A stretch of 64,000 nucleotides of DNA from Alphaproteobacteria bacterium (GCA_965216755.1 CBDCGL010000011.1:4288001-4352000); one strand, 5' to 3'. Positions 38,463 through 49,406 are shown, numbered from the stretch's first letter. Program-made: numbers and translations. The notes: a model not told the origin generated them from the letters alone.

Positions 38463-41400
38463 TTAGTAAGTGGGGAAATCGCGGCTCAGATCTTCTTCGA
38501 CGGCAATCAGAGCGTCGCCATTTTCATAAACCCGATACACCGAGCCTTCGCCAAACGGATTGCTCATCGTACCGACGTGGGACCACTCCCCAGGGTTGTC
38601 TTCCCACAAAGAGATCGAGTCATTCTCATTGCCGGCAACAAAGATATCGATATCCCGAAGCACGCCGTCGTCGTCTGCCATCGGTGCCAGATTGTTACTG
38701 GCACCCAGAGTGTTGACGGACGCAGCGTCGAAGGATACGCGATCATGGCTGTCGCCGTCGGTCATATCGATCAGTTCGATGCTGTGCAGCTTGGCGACTT
38801 GGTTGTCCTCAGCCTCGGGGCCCATATAGAGCTTACCGATACCATTGGCGCCAAAATCATTGCCGACATGCAACCGGTCAAAGCCGCTGCCACCGTCAGC
38901 CACCGCAAAGTCCCGAATTTCCTTGAAGTCGGCCGAAGGCGTCAAGTCTTGGAGGACCAGGATATCATCGCCTTGGCCGCCATAGAGCTTGTCGCCGGCG
39001 TCATTATCAAGGCCGCTGTAAAGGGTGTCGTTGCCCTTACCGCCATACAAAAGGTCGTTGCCCGCGCCACCATTAATGATGTCATCACCATCACCGCCAT
39101 GGGCCGTGTCGTCACCTTCGCCAGCTTGGATGTTGTCGTCATCGTCGCCGCCAAAGATGATGTCGCCTTGGTCACCGCCCAGCAATTCGTCAGCCAATGC
39201 ACTGCCCCAGATTGTATTGGGCGTGCCATTGTCGGCGGCAACCGAGATGCCGCTGCCAGCGTCCTCAATGACGCTCTTTATTTCGATGGATGCCGCGACC
39301 GGTCCGGCGACACCATCCGACACGGTATAGGAGAGGTTGCCGCTGTCGGCGACGCCATTGTTGTCTGGCAAATAGCGCAGTGAGGCGAACTCAGCGGCGT
39401 CCAGAGCCTCTCCACCGACCAAGGCCACAAAAACGCCATCCGATGCGCCGGTTGGATGGTAAAAGACATCGCCTGCACCCGGTACGTCGCCGATCGAGTA
39501 GGTCAAGGTGTCGCCTTCCAGGTCGGCGGCCGGATTGACCATGAGGGCGTAACCCGCGGCGGCGAGTACGCCAGGCAGCGCGGCCGGGTCGGCCGGATCG
39601 GTTGGGCGAATGGCCGTATTGTCTGGTACCCAAACCGTGCGTGATTCCGGCACCGGCGGCGTGTTCAAGCTGCTCGTGCCCAAGTCCGTGATGTTCAGTG
39701 TGAGCTCGGCGCTTGCCGTGCTGCCGTCGCCGTCGACGATTGTGTAGGCAAACGCTTCAGACTGGTTGCCATCGACCGGCGGCGCTGCGTAAGTGTAGCC
39801 GCCCGTTTCAAAGTTGAAACTCAAGACGCCGTCCAACGGAGTCACGATGGTGACTGTATCGCCGCTGGTCGTCGTTCCGTCCGGATTGGTAATCGTTCCG
39901 GTGACCGGATCGTATTGGAAAGTGAGCGTTTCACCGCTCGACGGGTCGGTGAAACTGAGCGAGGCCACATGGGCGTCGCCACCGGCGGGTCCATCGGCGC
40001 CAAATACGTCATTGGCGAGGACGTTGCCGTCAACCACCGAGCCTTCATTGGTCGGAATTGTTGCCAAAAGCCCTTCGGTGAGGGCGCCGTCTTCGACCAC
40101 GACGATGTCATCGGGATAGGCGACATCGTTGAGTGGCGAATCGCCAGGCACGACTTCCGGCCCGATCCGGACCGCAATTGAGCGTACGCCGTTGGTCACC
40201 ACGAAGGTCTTCCAATCCGCCGGCGTCGTGTTATTCGACGGAAACGGTTCGCCGTCAGAGACGAAATAGACAATGTTCGAAACTTCATCGCTTGACGGTG
40301 TTGCCGAAACGATGCCTTCGACAACGCCGCGGGTAACGACCAAGGCATCATCATATTCCGTGCTTAAGCCGAGGCCGTTCATACCCAGCGCCAGGCTGTC
40401 GATGAAATCGCCCGCGTCGGCGATGTTCATGGTGACGGTGTTGAAGGCGCCAGCCGTATCACCCATGAAATCAAGGTCACCACCAGATGCGAAGACCACG
40501 AACGTCACGGTCACTTCGGCCGTAATATCGCCATAACCGTCGATCAAATCGGCCAAGGCTTCCTTCATCGCCGACAGGCGGCTTTTGCCGGTGCCGGGAA
40601 TGATATCGCCCATGCTGCCGGACACATCGACAACCATGGTCAAGTTGACGAGTTTCGCGATGCCTTCATTGGCGGCATTGCTGTCGTCTTCCGCGATTGG
40701 CTGATCGTCGGTGATGTTGATCCGCAGCGTGCTGCTGGCCGTGCTGCCGTCGTCGTCGGTCACCACATAGGTGAACTGGTCTGCGACCGGACCGCCGCTG
40801 TGATCGCCATTGTCGGTCAGGTCATAGCGATATTGGCCGTCGCCGTTGATCGTCAGCGTGCCGTGCGTGCCAATGATGATGGTGTTACCGGTGTCGCTAA
40901 CAGGCACGCCGTTAACTTCGGTGACTTTGGCTGGATCGGTGCTGGTGAAATTTAGCGTGCCGCTGGTGCTTTCCGTGATCGCGGCCGGGTCGCTGCCGAT
41001 GTCGTCTCCGAGCACCACGTCATCGCTATCAAGCGCCGATTCCTCAACAATGCCGTGGGTGATTTCGGCGACCGGTTGATTGGTGTCGTGGAAATGAATC
41101 CAGATCACCGACTTGGCCGTATCACCGTCCGCGTCAACGATGTGGTAGAAAAAATCTTCCATCCCGTGCGGCGGAACCGATTCGACGGTCAGCGTGTAGG
41201 TATAGCTTCCATCGGGTTTGATGGTGACAAATCCGTACTTGCCGTCGACCCGAAGGCCGTCTTCGGGCACCGGCCGTCCAGACAACATCGTTACCACAAT
41301 GTGGTTGTCACCACCGGGATCGTCATTGTCAAAGACGTTGCCCGAGACGCTGTTGCCAAGACCTTCGTCCAGACCAATCACTTCCGCTTTGGCGCGCGGC

Positions 41401-43445
41401 GCATCGTCCTCAACAGCAACGGTGAACGTGCTGCTGTGGGAATCGCCGTCTGAATCCGTGATGGTGTAGGTGAAATTCAGGTCCAACACGTCATCATCGC
41501 CGGTGCGGACGACATCCGGGTGGTCCAGCGGTCCAAGCAGTTCAAATACATAGCTGGCGCCAGTGGGCGTCGGCGTAATTGTTATGACAAAGATTGTATT
41601 GCCACCGGCCGATCCGGTGATGATCGTGTTGCCGCTGCCGTCGGTGCCTTGGCTATAAGTGAGCGGAACGCCATTCGAGGTGAGCGTGGCGGGATCCGAC
41701 GGAATTGCTTGCACATTCGGATCGCCGTCGGTCACCGAGGTGAATTCGACAACGAGGGCGCCATCGGCGGCCGGGCCATCCATGCCGTAGGAGAAAAGCA
41801 ATGTGCCTGTCGCGCTATCCGGCACGAACTCTTGATCATTGCCCTTGCCGACAGAGTCCTCGGTTACGACCACCTTGCTGCCGTCGCCACCAGGCTGACC
41901 ACCTTCGTCGATCGTCGGCACACCATCGCGCACACAAACATGGAACGACGCCGAGGTCGAATCCATGTCGAAATCGGTGATCGTGACGCCGAACTCGAGA
42001 CCGACCACATCATCGTCGCCGCTTTCGCCGGCGCCCATGTGATCGATGCCGCGGATCAGATCGAAATCAAAATCGCCAGTCGTCGTGTCGATCTCCAAAC
42101 GCCAGACCGTGTTGCCGCTATCCGGGCCAAGGGACGGTTCAAAGCGTCCGGTGACGCCGACAACGATCAGCGTATCGCCGTCGAGAAAATAGTAATGGCT
42201 GATCGGTTCGCCATCGGATGTACCGGCAATCGTGCTGCCGTCGCCGCTGTCGTCGGTGTAGCGAATGCCGTCAATCGAGAACCAGTCGAGCTGGCCATCG
42301 GGCACGATGCGCATGCCGCCAGAACCCGGCACGATCGCCAAGTTATCGACAGACTCGGCGGTTCGATTCGGGCCATCGGAGCCGTGGTAGACGACGATGC
42401 GACCCGTGGCGCTGGCGCTATCGATCGTGCCACCGACATCGTCCGTGGCAATTGGCGGTGCCTCGTTCAGGCACACCATCGAGTTGTCGCCAACGAACAA
42501 GGCCGGGCCATCGTCGGAAACCGAAATGGTCACTGTGGCGGATCCGGTCGCGCCCGTCGAATCGGTGATATCCAAGACAAACACCAGATCTTGTAGATCG
42601 TCCGGATCGCTCGGGTCGCCGTGATCGAGGCCGTCGAGTAAATCAAACGTGACGTCGCCCGTCGGTGAAATCGACAATTCGAACACGGGCCGGCCACCGG
42701 CGCTGCCTTCGATCACCAACGTGCCGCTGTCGTCCCGTGTCGTGATGTCGATTGGATCGCCGCCCGAGGTGACGATGGTCGGGAATCCGGCAAAGCCGAT
42801 GCTGGTAATGGGGTTGCCTGTTGAGCTGATCAGCGCCCCCGACGTGCTCCCCAGCACGCTCGGTGTTGGGAAAGGATCGGTAAAGGGGTCGAAGCCGGCT
42901 CCAAGGTCGATCGATTCATCCGTGCCCAGGCCGAGCGTTGCGCGCGGGCCGTCCAGCGCCTCAACACCAATGCCGCCGTCCAGACCAAGATTTTCTTGGG
43001 CAACGCGGCCCTCGGGCTCCTGGAAGCCATCCTGGGGAATTTCACCGATGACACCGCGCGCGCGCAGATGGTCGGGGAACAGGTCGCCAATCGTCACTGT
43101 GCCGTCATTGCCGAGGCCGTCGTCTTCGTCGACATCGCCTGGCGGTTGTTCACCCGCCGCGGTCGCGATCAGATCGTCGAGCGTCGCAATTTGGGAATCC
43201 GCAAAGACCAGCCCGACATCGTCGGCATTTTCGAGCTGCGCATAGAAACCAGAGATCGTGACATCGAAATTGTCAACAGTGACGACGGTGTCGAAGTCGC
43301 CCTGATTCGTGATGGTGATACCGTCGGTGCCGATATCATCAAAGACTGCGCGTTCGCCCGGTCTTAACTGGATCCGGTCGACTGGTGGAACATCAAATGC
43401 CCGAACTTCGACGCCGGCAGCGTCAACGATACGAATCGTTGCCAT
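38463..43445 (-). CDS. large T1SS-secreted RTX adhesin (LapA-like): retention-type N-terminus, Ig-like/T1SS-143-type repeats, vWA domain, RTX repeats
   Basis: no Sec signal; TAAG at aa 95-98; repeats ending LDH...TITDxDGD...DDxP; MIDAS DVSGS and FVSDGEP; about 7 GGxGxDx(L/I) nonapeptides near C-terminus. Confidence 0.9.
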   Translation of the reverse strand: MATIRIVDAAGVEVRAFDVPPVDRIQLRPGERAVFDDIGTDGITITNQGDFDTVVTVDNFDVTISGFYAQLENADDVGLVFADSQIATLDDLIATAAGEQPPGDVDEDDGLGNDGTVTIGDLFPDHLRARGVIGEIPQDGFQEPEGRVAQENLGLDGGIGVEALDGPRATLGLGTDESIDLGAGFDPFTDPFPTPSVLGSTSGALISSTGNPITSIGFAGFPTIVTSGGDPIDITTRDDSGTLVIEGSAGGRPVFELSISPTGDVTFDLLDGLDHGDPSDPDDLQDLVFVLDITDSTGATGSATVTISVSDDGPALFVGDNSMVCLNEAPPIATDDVGGTIDSASATGRIVVYHGSDGPNRTAESVDNLAIVPGSGGMRIVPDGQLDWFSIDGIRYTDDSGDGSTIAGTSDGEPISHYYFLDGDTLIVVGVTGRFEPSLGPDSGNTVWRLEIDTTTGDFDFDLIRGIDHMGAGESGDDDVVGLEFGVTITDFDMDSTSASFHVCVRDGVPTIDEGGQPGGDGSKVVVTEDSVGKGNDQEFVPDSATGTLLFSYGMDGPAADGALVVEFTSVTDGDPNVQAIPSDPATLTSNGVPLTYSQGTDGSGNTIITGSAGGNTIFVITITPTPTGASYVFELLGPLDHPDVVRTGDDDVLDLNFTYTITDSDGDSHSSTFTVAVEDDAPRAKAEVIGLDEGLGNSVSGNVFDNDDPGGDNHIVVTMLSGRPVPEDGLRVDGKYGFVTIKPDGSYTYTLTVESVPPHGMEDFFYHIVDADGDTAKSVIWIHFHDTNQPVAEITHGIVEESALDSDDVVLGDDIGSDPAAITESTSGTLNFTSTDPAKVTEVNGVPVSDTGNTIIIGTHGTLTINGDGQYRYDLTDNGDHSGGPVADQFTYVVTDDDGSTASSTLRINITDDQPIAEDDSNAANEGIAKLVNLTMVVDVSGSMGDIIPGTGKSRLSAMKEALADLIDGYGDITAEVTVTFVVFASGGDLDFMGDTAGAFNTVTMNIADAGDFIDSLALGMNGLGLSTEYDDALVVTRGVVEGIVSATPSSDEVSNIVYFVSDGEPFPSNNTTPADWKTFVVTNGVRSIAVRIGPEVVPGDSPLNDVAYPDDIVVVEDGALTEGLLATIPTNEGSVVDGNVLANDVFGADGPAGGDAHVASLSFTDPSSGETLTFQYDPVTGTITNPDGTTTSGDTVTIVTPLDGVLSFNFETGGYTYAAPPVDGNQSEAFAYTIVDGDGSTASAELTLNITDLGTSSLNTPPVPESRTVWVPDNTAIRPTDPADPAALPGVLAAAGYALMVNPAADLEGDTLTYSIGDVPGAGDVFYHPTGASDGVFVALVGGEALDAAEFASLRYLPDNNGVADSGNLSYTVSDGVAGPVAASIEIKSVIEDAGSGISVAADNGTPNTIWGSALADELLGGDQGDIIFGGDDDDNIQAGEGDDTAHGGDGDDIINGGAGNDLLYGGKGNDTLYSGLDNDAGDKLYGGQGDDILVLQDLTPSADFKEIRDFAVADGGSGFDRLHVGNDFGANGIGKLYMGPEAEDNQVAKLHSIELIDMTDGDSHDRVSFDAASVNTLGASNNLAPMADDDGVLRDIDIFVAGNENDSISLWEDNPGEWSHVGTMSNPFGEGSVYRVYENGDALIAVEEDLSRDFPTY

Positions 43446-44333
43446 CTTGTTTCCCGTTTTCTTGCGGCTACGCGGATCATTGCCGTCTTAGCCTTATGGA
43501 TGCCGTCTTTTCGTTATTTGACCCGGTTATATCACTTTCGAATCCTCTGTCATGGTCTGTTCGAACCATATCGAATTTCAAGGCATTGACTGTGTGATTT
43601 TGCTCACCCTAAACGTTTCTACTGCATGACGTTTTTAGCGTTGCATCCGGATGCTTGACAGTTTTCGCAAACTAACCGTACACACGATTGCGAGACTTCA
43701 AGCAAACGCCGCCGCGAGAGCGGTGCGTGGTAGCCCTCAAAACACCACTCAAATATGAGGACAATTATGGCACATAGTTGTTGCTTGGTGGCACCAGAGT
43801 GTATGAGAATAAGCCGCATTTGCAATTCCCGGGGGCTTTTGTAGCCGCATTCTCGTGTCGGTGGAATTGTTTCAGCCGCGCCAGGACGCAAGAAGCTGAA
43901 TGGAACTTGGACTCAACCGACGACAAGGCTTTTCGCGCGCGCCGTGCCGGGCTTTTCGTTTCTGGATATCGTCAACAAAGTTTCGGTATTTGTCATTTAA
44001 TTTCAATAAATTAACGTCAAATCCGCAGAGGCCGAGCGGCACTTTCGTCGACGCTGTTGCTTCGTTTTTGTGGAATCCTAGTGCGTTTGAGCCATGACGT
44101 CTCGCAACCGGTTTGTGTATCTTCCGTGGCAAGAAAGTCACACGGTCGAAACACCGCGCGTGTATATTGCCAGCGCTTGCTGGATTTCAGCGTCCCAACG
44201 CGCGCACGACCGCGCTGTCAAAAAATTGCGCCGTGCGCATGTGGCCGGAGTTGGAAATGGTTGGGGATTTCTAGGGCGCGATTTTGATGGAACCACCGAG
44301 AATGTCGTTGCACAAGAGAGGATTTGAGCAAGC

Positions 44334-45791
44334 ATGACCCGCAAAGTTGAAGCCTGGGCTGACATATTGTTGTACAAGCCCGGCTTGGCCGACAAACGGG
44401 CCGTTGCCGAAATTGAAAAATCGCGTGACGTGCAATGGCTCAAAGAGCGCGGCGCGTCGGTGACGGTGTGCACAAATGCGGCTGCTATGCGTCAGCGACT
44501 GTCCACCCACGCGCCGACCTTGGTGCTGTTGGATTTCGCGGCCGGCGAAGAGTCCATCGATTCAGTTGAAATCGAGAGTCTGCACCACATTCGTCCGAGC
44601 TTGCGCTTTGTTGCGCTCGTCAACGGGGATCTCGTTGGGTCGCCAATATTTGCCGACTTGGTGCGCAAGCGCCTTCTCTACGACTATCAAACATTGCCCT
44701 TAGATCGCGACCGCCTGCTGTTCGTCGTCGGTCACGTGCGCGGTTTGGTGGAAGTTGAGCGCCAGCATCGAGCGGCGCGGCCAATTGGCACCGAGAACGC
44801 GGAATCCGAGCCCTTCATGGTCGGATCGCATCCGGCAATGTTGCGTGTCTTCTCAACGATTCGGAAAGTGGCGCGAACCGACACGCCTGTTTTGGTCACT
44901 GGTGAGAGTGGCACCGGCAAAGAACTGGTTGCCAACGCAGTGCATGAACGTTCGCCGTTTCGCGAGGGCCCATTTGTTGCCATCAATTGCGCGGCCATCC
45001 CGTCGACGCTGATTGCGTCGGAGCTGTTTGGTCACGAAAAGGGTGCCTTCACAGACGCGCGCGAGCGCAAGTTGGGCAAGATTGAATCGGCTTCGAACGG
45101 CACTTTGTTCCTGGACGAAATCGGCGATTTGCCGCTTGAGCTTCAAGGGCATCTGCTTCGTTTCTTGCAAGAGAAAACCATCGAACGGGTTGGTGGCACG
45201 CGCACGATTCAAGTGACGACTCGGGTCATCGCGGCGACCAACGTAGACTTGTGGGAAGCGGTCGAAGCCGGAAAATTCCGTAAGGATTTGTTTTATAGGC
45301 TGAATGTCTTGCCGATTCACTTGCCGCCGTTGCGAGAGCGCGGCAATGATATCGAGCTTGTCGCGCGTTATTTTCTACAGCGGTTTAGTTCCGAGCTTGA
45401 GCGGCCCGACCTGGAGTTTAAGTCGAGCGCGATCGCGGCAATCCGAAATTATGGCTGGCCGGGCAATGTGCGTGAGCTGATCAGCGTCATCCGCCGGGCG
45501 GTGGTCATGGCGGAATCACGTTGCATCGACGCATCGGATCTGGATCTTCCCGTTTCGGTCGATGACGGTGGTCGGTTGCCGACCATCGAAGAGGCACGGT
45601 ATCAGGCGGAACAAGAGGCGATCCAAAGGGCGCTGCACAAACATAACGACAATATCAATCGTGCAGCAAAGGAGCTTTGTGTCTCGCGCGTGACGCTGTA
45701 TCGACTGATCGAGAAACATGCCATCGTCTACACGCCGCGCGGTCGCAAGCGCGTCGCGGATTGGACGCCGGACATTGAATATATTAACTAA
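44334..45791 (+). CDS. sigma54-dependent Fis-family activator with atypical receiver domain (VpsR-like)
   Basis: GESGTGKE, ELFGHEKGAFTDA, FLDEIGD, WPGNVREL, C-terminal HTH; N-terminal YDYQTLP as in VpsR-type proteins. Confidence 0.92.
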   Translation: MTRKVEAWADILLYKPGLADKRAVAEIEKSRDVQWLKERGASVTVCTNAAAMRQRLSTHAPTLVLLDFAAGEESIDSVEIESLHHIRPSLRFVALVNGDLVGSPIFADLVRKRLLYDYQTLPLDRDRLLFVVGHVRGLVEVERQHRAARPIGTENAESEPFMVGSHPAMLRVFSTIRKVARTDTPVLVTGESGTGKELVANAVHERSPFREGPFVAINCAAIPSTLIASELFGHEKGAFTDARERKLGKIESASNGTLFLDEIGDLPLELQGHLLRFLQEKTIERVGGTRTIQVTTRVIAATNVDLWEAVEAGKFRKDLFYRLNVLPIHLPPLRERGNDIELVARYFLQRFSSELERPDLEFKSSAIAAIRNYGWPGNVRELISVIRRAVVMAESRCIDASDLDLPVSVDDGGRLPTIEEARYQAEQEAIQRALHKHNDNINRAAKELCVSRVTLYRLIEKHAIVYTPRGRKRVADWTPDIEYIN

Positions 45792-45873
45792 ATTTGCAGA
45801 CAGGGCGGGGTATAACACATAAACTGCGGCACATCGCGGCGTAAGGGACGCGCCGCCAAAAATAGGTGGGAAG

Positions 45874-47142
45874 ATGGGACGAAGGACTGCGGGAACGGTA
45901 GCCGTCTTTGCGGGTATCGTTGGGGTGACGTTACCACTGGGTGCTTTTGAATCCGCCTGGGGGGCAGAGGCGCCGGATACCGCGCTCCAAGCCGAGATTG
46001 AGATTCTTCGGGGCGAGATTCAGCGCCAGCAGAATTCCTTGGATGCCCAACAAGAACAACTTCGGCGTCTCGAGCAGCGTTTGTTTGAGCGGATCGGGGG
46101 TGCCGGCGGTCAGATCGTCGACCCTGGCTTGTTGGAAGATGTTCGTGGTGCCGGCACTGGCGCCGGAGGTGGGCAAGCCAATGGCGGCGTGTCGGATCCG
46201 GTCGGTGAGGCGGCACCCGAGACACGGCCTGAAGTGAGCGTATTGTCCGATGTCGGCGGTGTTTTGACCCCGCGCGGTCGGTTGGTGGTCGATCCTTCTT
46301 TTGAGTTCAGTCACACGGCGGTCAACAAGTTCTTCTTCAGCGGTGTCCAGATCGTCGATGCGGTGTTGATTGGCGCGATTGAGGCGACCGATGCCCGTCG
46401 CGATAGTTTCACGCCGTCGATCGGAGCACGCTACGGCGTCACCAATCGTATTGAGGTGGATGCGCGCGTTCCTTATTCGATTCGCGATGACGTGGAGAGT
46501 GATCCGTTGGATGCGTCATCGCCGCTGTCGCGCGAGCTAAGTGCGAACGATCTGGGCGATGTCGAATTCGGCGCGCACTATCAGATCAATGACGGAACCG
46601 CCGGGTGGCCCTATTTCATCGGCAATTTGCGTTTCAAGACAACAACGGGAACCGGACCGTTCGACGTCGCGTTCGACTCTCAAGGTCGTCAGCGGGAACT
46701 TCCGACTGGATCTGGCTTTTACACGCTCGAACCCAGTGTCACGGTGCTCTATCCGACCGATCCGGTGGTCCTGTTCGGGAATATCGGTTATGCAGTCAAC
46801 TTGCCGGACGACGTCGACAAGACAATTGGGTCACAGTTTTTCGGCAAGGTCGACCCGGGCGACAATTTGCGCACCAGCTTTGGCATCGGTTTCGGCATCA
46901 ACCAACAGGTATCGATGAGTCTGGGGTATGAACACAGTTATGTGTTCGAGACCGACTCGGAGATTGATGGCGTTACGGTGAAGTCTGATCCAGCGCAAGT
47001 GGGATCTTTCCTGTTTGGTTTGTCGTTGGCGGTGACCGACAGGATCTCGACCAACTTGAACGTGGCTGTTGGGGCGACGGAAGACGCACCAGATGTCCGC
47101 ATTGGTATCAGTACGCCGATATCGATCGATCTTTTCAACTAA
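45874..47142 (+). CDS. fapF: FapF-like outer-membrane beta-barrel transporter with N-terminal coiled coil
   Basis: signal peptide, coiled coil (EIQRQQNSLDAQQEQLRRLEQ), GGVLTPRG, RYGVTNR, LGDVE, LPTGSGF, TDPVVLFG, GATEDAPD; near C39 peptidase. Confidence 0.82.
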   Translation: MGRRTAGTVAVFAGIVGVTLPLGAFESAWGAEAPDTALQAEIEILRGEIQRQQNSLDAQQEQLRRLEQRLFERIGGAGGQIVDPGLLEDVRGAGTGAGGGQANGGVSDPVGEAAPETRPEVSVLSDVGGVLTPRGRLVVDPSFEFSHTAVNKFFFSGVQIVDAVLIGAIEATDARRDSFTPSIGARYGVTNRIEVDARVPYSIRDDVESDPLDASSPLSRELSANDLGDVEFGAHYQINDGTAGWPYFIGNLRFKTTTGTGPFDVAFDSQGRQRELPTGSGFYTLEPSVTVLYPTDPVVLFGNIGYAVNLPDDVDKTIGSQFFGKVDPGDNLRTSFGIGFGINQQVSMSLGYEHSYVFETDSEIDGVTVKSDPAQVGSFLFGLSLAVTDRISTNLNVAVGATEDAPDVRIGISTPISIDLFN

Positions 47143-47348
47143 ACACCAGGGTCGATGGTAGGCCGCTTTTGGCCGGCGTGAAAAGCTGAGTAGTTTCAGG
47201 TAATCGGGTAGAACGAGCACTTGTCCGGGACAGCGGTCAGGTGCTCGGTCTTTTCAGCCTCAGTAAGAACGCCCGCGGACGGATGGCGGTGGTCTGTTCG
47301 ACAGGTAGAGAAATTCCGCACGGTTCCGTGACACGACGCCAGATGACT

Positions 47349-47704
47349 TAGAGCACTTTCCGACCATATTGAGTCAATTCTGTTTCCGGTCCGGCGCGGC
47401 GGTCCACGCGAAGGGCGGCGCAGCGCGATGCTCGTGTCCCGAAACCGAAGTTCGTCACGTCTGACCCCAGGCACCTTACGAACTGCGGTTTCGTCAGGAC
47501 ACGAGTCGAATATTTGGATCTCGCGCGGTTCACGGATCGGACGTTCGCTCTGGGGCTCGATGCGAGATCAAGCGAACGTCCGATCCACCGCACGAGCGCA
47601 TCGGGCAAGTCCGCCGACCAATGTGGTCGTCCACATGGATTCCCATCGGGGGACGCCCGCCGGTCGGAAACAGAATTGATTCGATATGGTCGGAAAGTGA
47701 TCTA
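47349..47704. mobile_element. ~356-bp MITE-like non-autonomous element
   Basis: ~47-bp imperfect terminal inverted repeats TAGA(G/T)CACTTTCCGACCATAT..GA.TCAATTCTGTTTCCG; TA at both ends; no transposase ORF. Confidence 0.72.
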
Positions 47705-47812
47705 GCGGCCGCGTTTGCAACGTGCACGAACCGATCTTTTGAAAGTACGTTGGATCGAATCCAACCGCGCCGGTTGGCCCTTTGACTTCGGGACAGTTGT
47801 GCGTGGGGGCGC

Positions 47813-47848
47813 AAAAAAAGGGCCGGTGGATCCAGGGTACCACCGGCC
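47813..47848 (-). terminator. intrinsic terminator of fap-like operon
   Basis: GGCCGGTGG...CCACCGGCC stem followed by T7 on minus strand. Confidence 0.75.
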
Positions 47849-47989
47849 AAAAACTTGGTTCTTAAGACATCGACGCCGTATGGCTCCACCAAATGGGCGG
47901 CCGATGTTGAGGTCGACGGCTACGTTAGGTCCCCCCGGTCCTAGGCGTTAACGAACGCGTGATCCGCCGACCACTCTCGTGTCGCGGCC

Positions 47990-48628
47990 TTAGAATTGCC
48001 CGACATTGATTTGATTTGTGATCTTCCGGGCCTTGATGGCCGGCAAAGCGTTCATGATGTAGCTGGTTAGGCTACGAACATGAATATTCACTTCGGTTGA
48101 AGATTCAAAAATCTGCCGATCGGCCGTGTTGTTGATCATGGCCAATACTTGGCCATTATTGTTCACCTGATGAACAATCTGTGTTGAAGACGGATCGCCG
48201 AGTGCCACACTGTAGCCACCGCCGTTCGACTGCTGTACAGCCGCCGCAGCGGTTGTTGCCGTTTGCTCGCCGCCGGTATCCACGTCGGCCAATCCGGCAT
48301 TCGACGGATTGACTTGCGTGGTCGCCGGCAGCCATTGCCCGGCGTCATTCATCGTCAGTTGGGTCACCAGTTCCATGGCGCCGTTAACCGTCGATCGAAC
48401 CGTCAACCCGAAGTCGAACACGACGCCACCGATCACCATGCCGCCACGCATTTGGTCAAGGTCATCGTTGTCGACCGGTGCAAACGCCGAGAAGACATCG
48501 GCAGAATGCGCGCGCGCATCCACCTTGTCGCTGCCCAAGGACACGATTGCCCCAAACGCCGCTGCCCCGATAATCAAGCCACCCAGCGCCAATGTCGTTT
48601 TGTTGTTGTTCTTTAGTATCGACTGCAT
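47990..48628 (-). CDS. FapE-like secreted protein
   Basis: signal peptide; APVDNDDLDQMRGG...FDFG...VNG; C-terminal INNTADRQIFESSTEVNI; directly after C39 peptidase. Confidence 0.72.
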   Translation of the reverse strand: MQSILKNNNKTTLALGGLIIGAAAFGAIVSLGSDKVDARAHSADVFSAFAPVDNDDLDQMRGGMVIGGVVFDFGLTVRSTVNGAMELVTQLTMNDAGQWLPATTQVNPSNAGLADVDTGGEQTATTAAAAVQQSNGGGYSVALGDPSSTQIVHQVNNNGQVLAMINNTADRQIFESSTEVNIHVRSLTSYIMNALPAIKARKITNQINVGQF

Positions 48629-48643
48629 TACGTCCCAATCCCT

Positions 48644-49345
48644 CTAGAATTCAGCAAGACCCGGCAAGTTCATCGTGAACGATGCCAAGCCTTGTCGAAC
48701 CATCGCCGTCTGCACAGGGGCTCGCACCCTGACATTCCAATCGTCATCCTGGTTGAATGTCGCGTTCGCGACTTCGACATTGTCCCGGATCACGAAAACG
48801 ATCCCATTCCAGATCTGTTCAAATTCATCCCGCCGTACGACCATGACGCCACGGGCCGGATCCCCAAGTACGACCTCATCGCCGCGAATACCTTTGACGA
48901 CGACAAAATGCTTGTAGCCGTTGGTATCGATCAATGTGATCGCCGGCACCCCCACTTCCGCGAGTTGGTCTAGCGAAATCTTGAAACCGTCGCCGGTCCA
49001 GCCAACCGATTCCAAGAACCGCTTCATATCCAGCAACGAAAACCCGTAGCGGTGAATGGATTCCTTGTCGCCGACTATGTACATGGCCTCGAAAAGTTCG
49101 GCTTCGGTGATCTCTTGTTTGTAGTGATACGTCAGCAAACTCGCCAATGCGGCCGAGCCACACGAGAAGTCATACTGCTGCGCAAGGATGGTCTTAAAAC
49201 GCCCTTCTTTAAGACTGATAATGGGGACGCTGTAGCGCATGCCATGAAACCCTGGCGTCGAAATAAAAACTTCGCCCGCCATGGTCGGGGTGAACGCCGC
49301 AACGCTGGTCAAAATAACACTGACCAAAAAAGAACGTATGCGCAT
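48644..49345 (-). CDS. fapD: secreted stand-alone C39 cysteine peptidase (FapD-like)
   Basis: QQYDFSCGSAALASLL (catalytic Cys), GFSLLDMK, YKHFVVVKG (His), GDPARG (Asp); signal peptide, no ABC domain. Confidence 0.9.
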   Translation of the reverse strand: MRIRSFLVSVILTSVAAFTPTMAGEVFISTPGFHGMRYSVPIISLKEGRFKTILAQQYDFSCGSAALASLLTYHYKQEITEAELFEAMYIVGDKESIHRYGFSLLDMKRFLESVGWTGDGFKISLDQLAEVGVPAITLIDTNGYKHFVVVKGIRGDEVVLGDPARGVMVVRRDEFEQIWNGIVFVIRDNVEVANATFNQDDDWNVRVRAPVQTAMVRQGLASFTMNLPGLAEF

Positions 49346-49406
49346 TTGCTCTCCCTTTGATTCCCGTGAAGCCGCTTTGGTTTGAACAGGTCTGAACTTG
49401 CCTGCG

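Noticed and set aside
38382-42596. Long plus-strand ORFs 38382-39383 and 41520-42596
   Set aside because: Antisense shadows of the RTX adhesin, typical of GC-rich coding DNA
43700-43740. GCAAAC-led hairpin as c-di-GMP-I riboswitch
   Set aside because: No GNRA loop/GACGCAAA second-stem signature; cannot be supported without an Rfam scan
43768-43785. sigma54-like TGGCACATAGTTGTTGCT
   Set aside because: GG-to-GC spacing is 13, not 10
48644-49345. Bacteriocin/RiPP exporter interpretation of the C39 peptidase
   Set aside because: No ABC transporter domain or modifying enzymes; signal peptide and neighbours match FapD context
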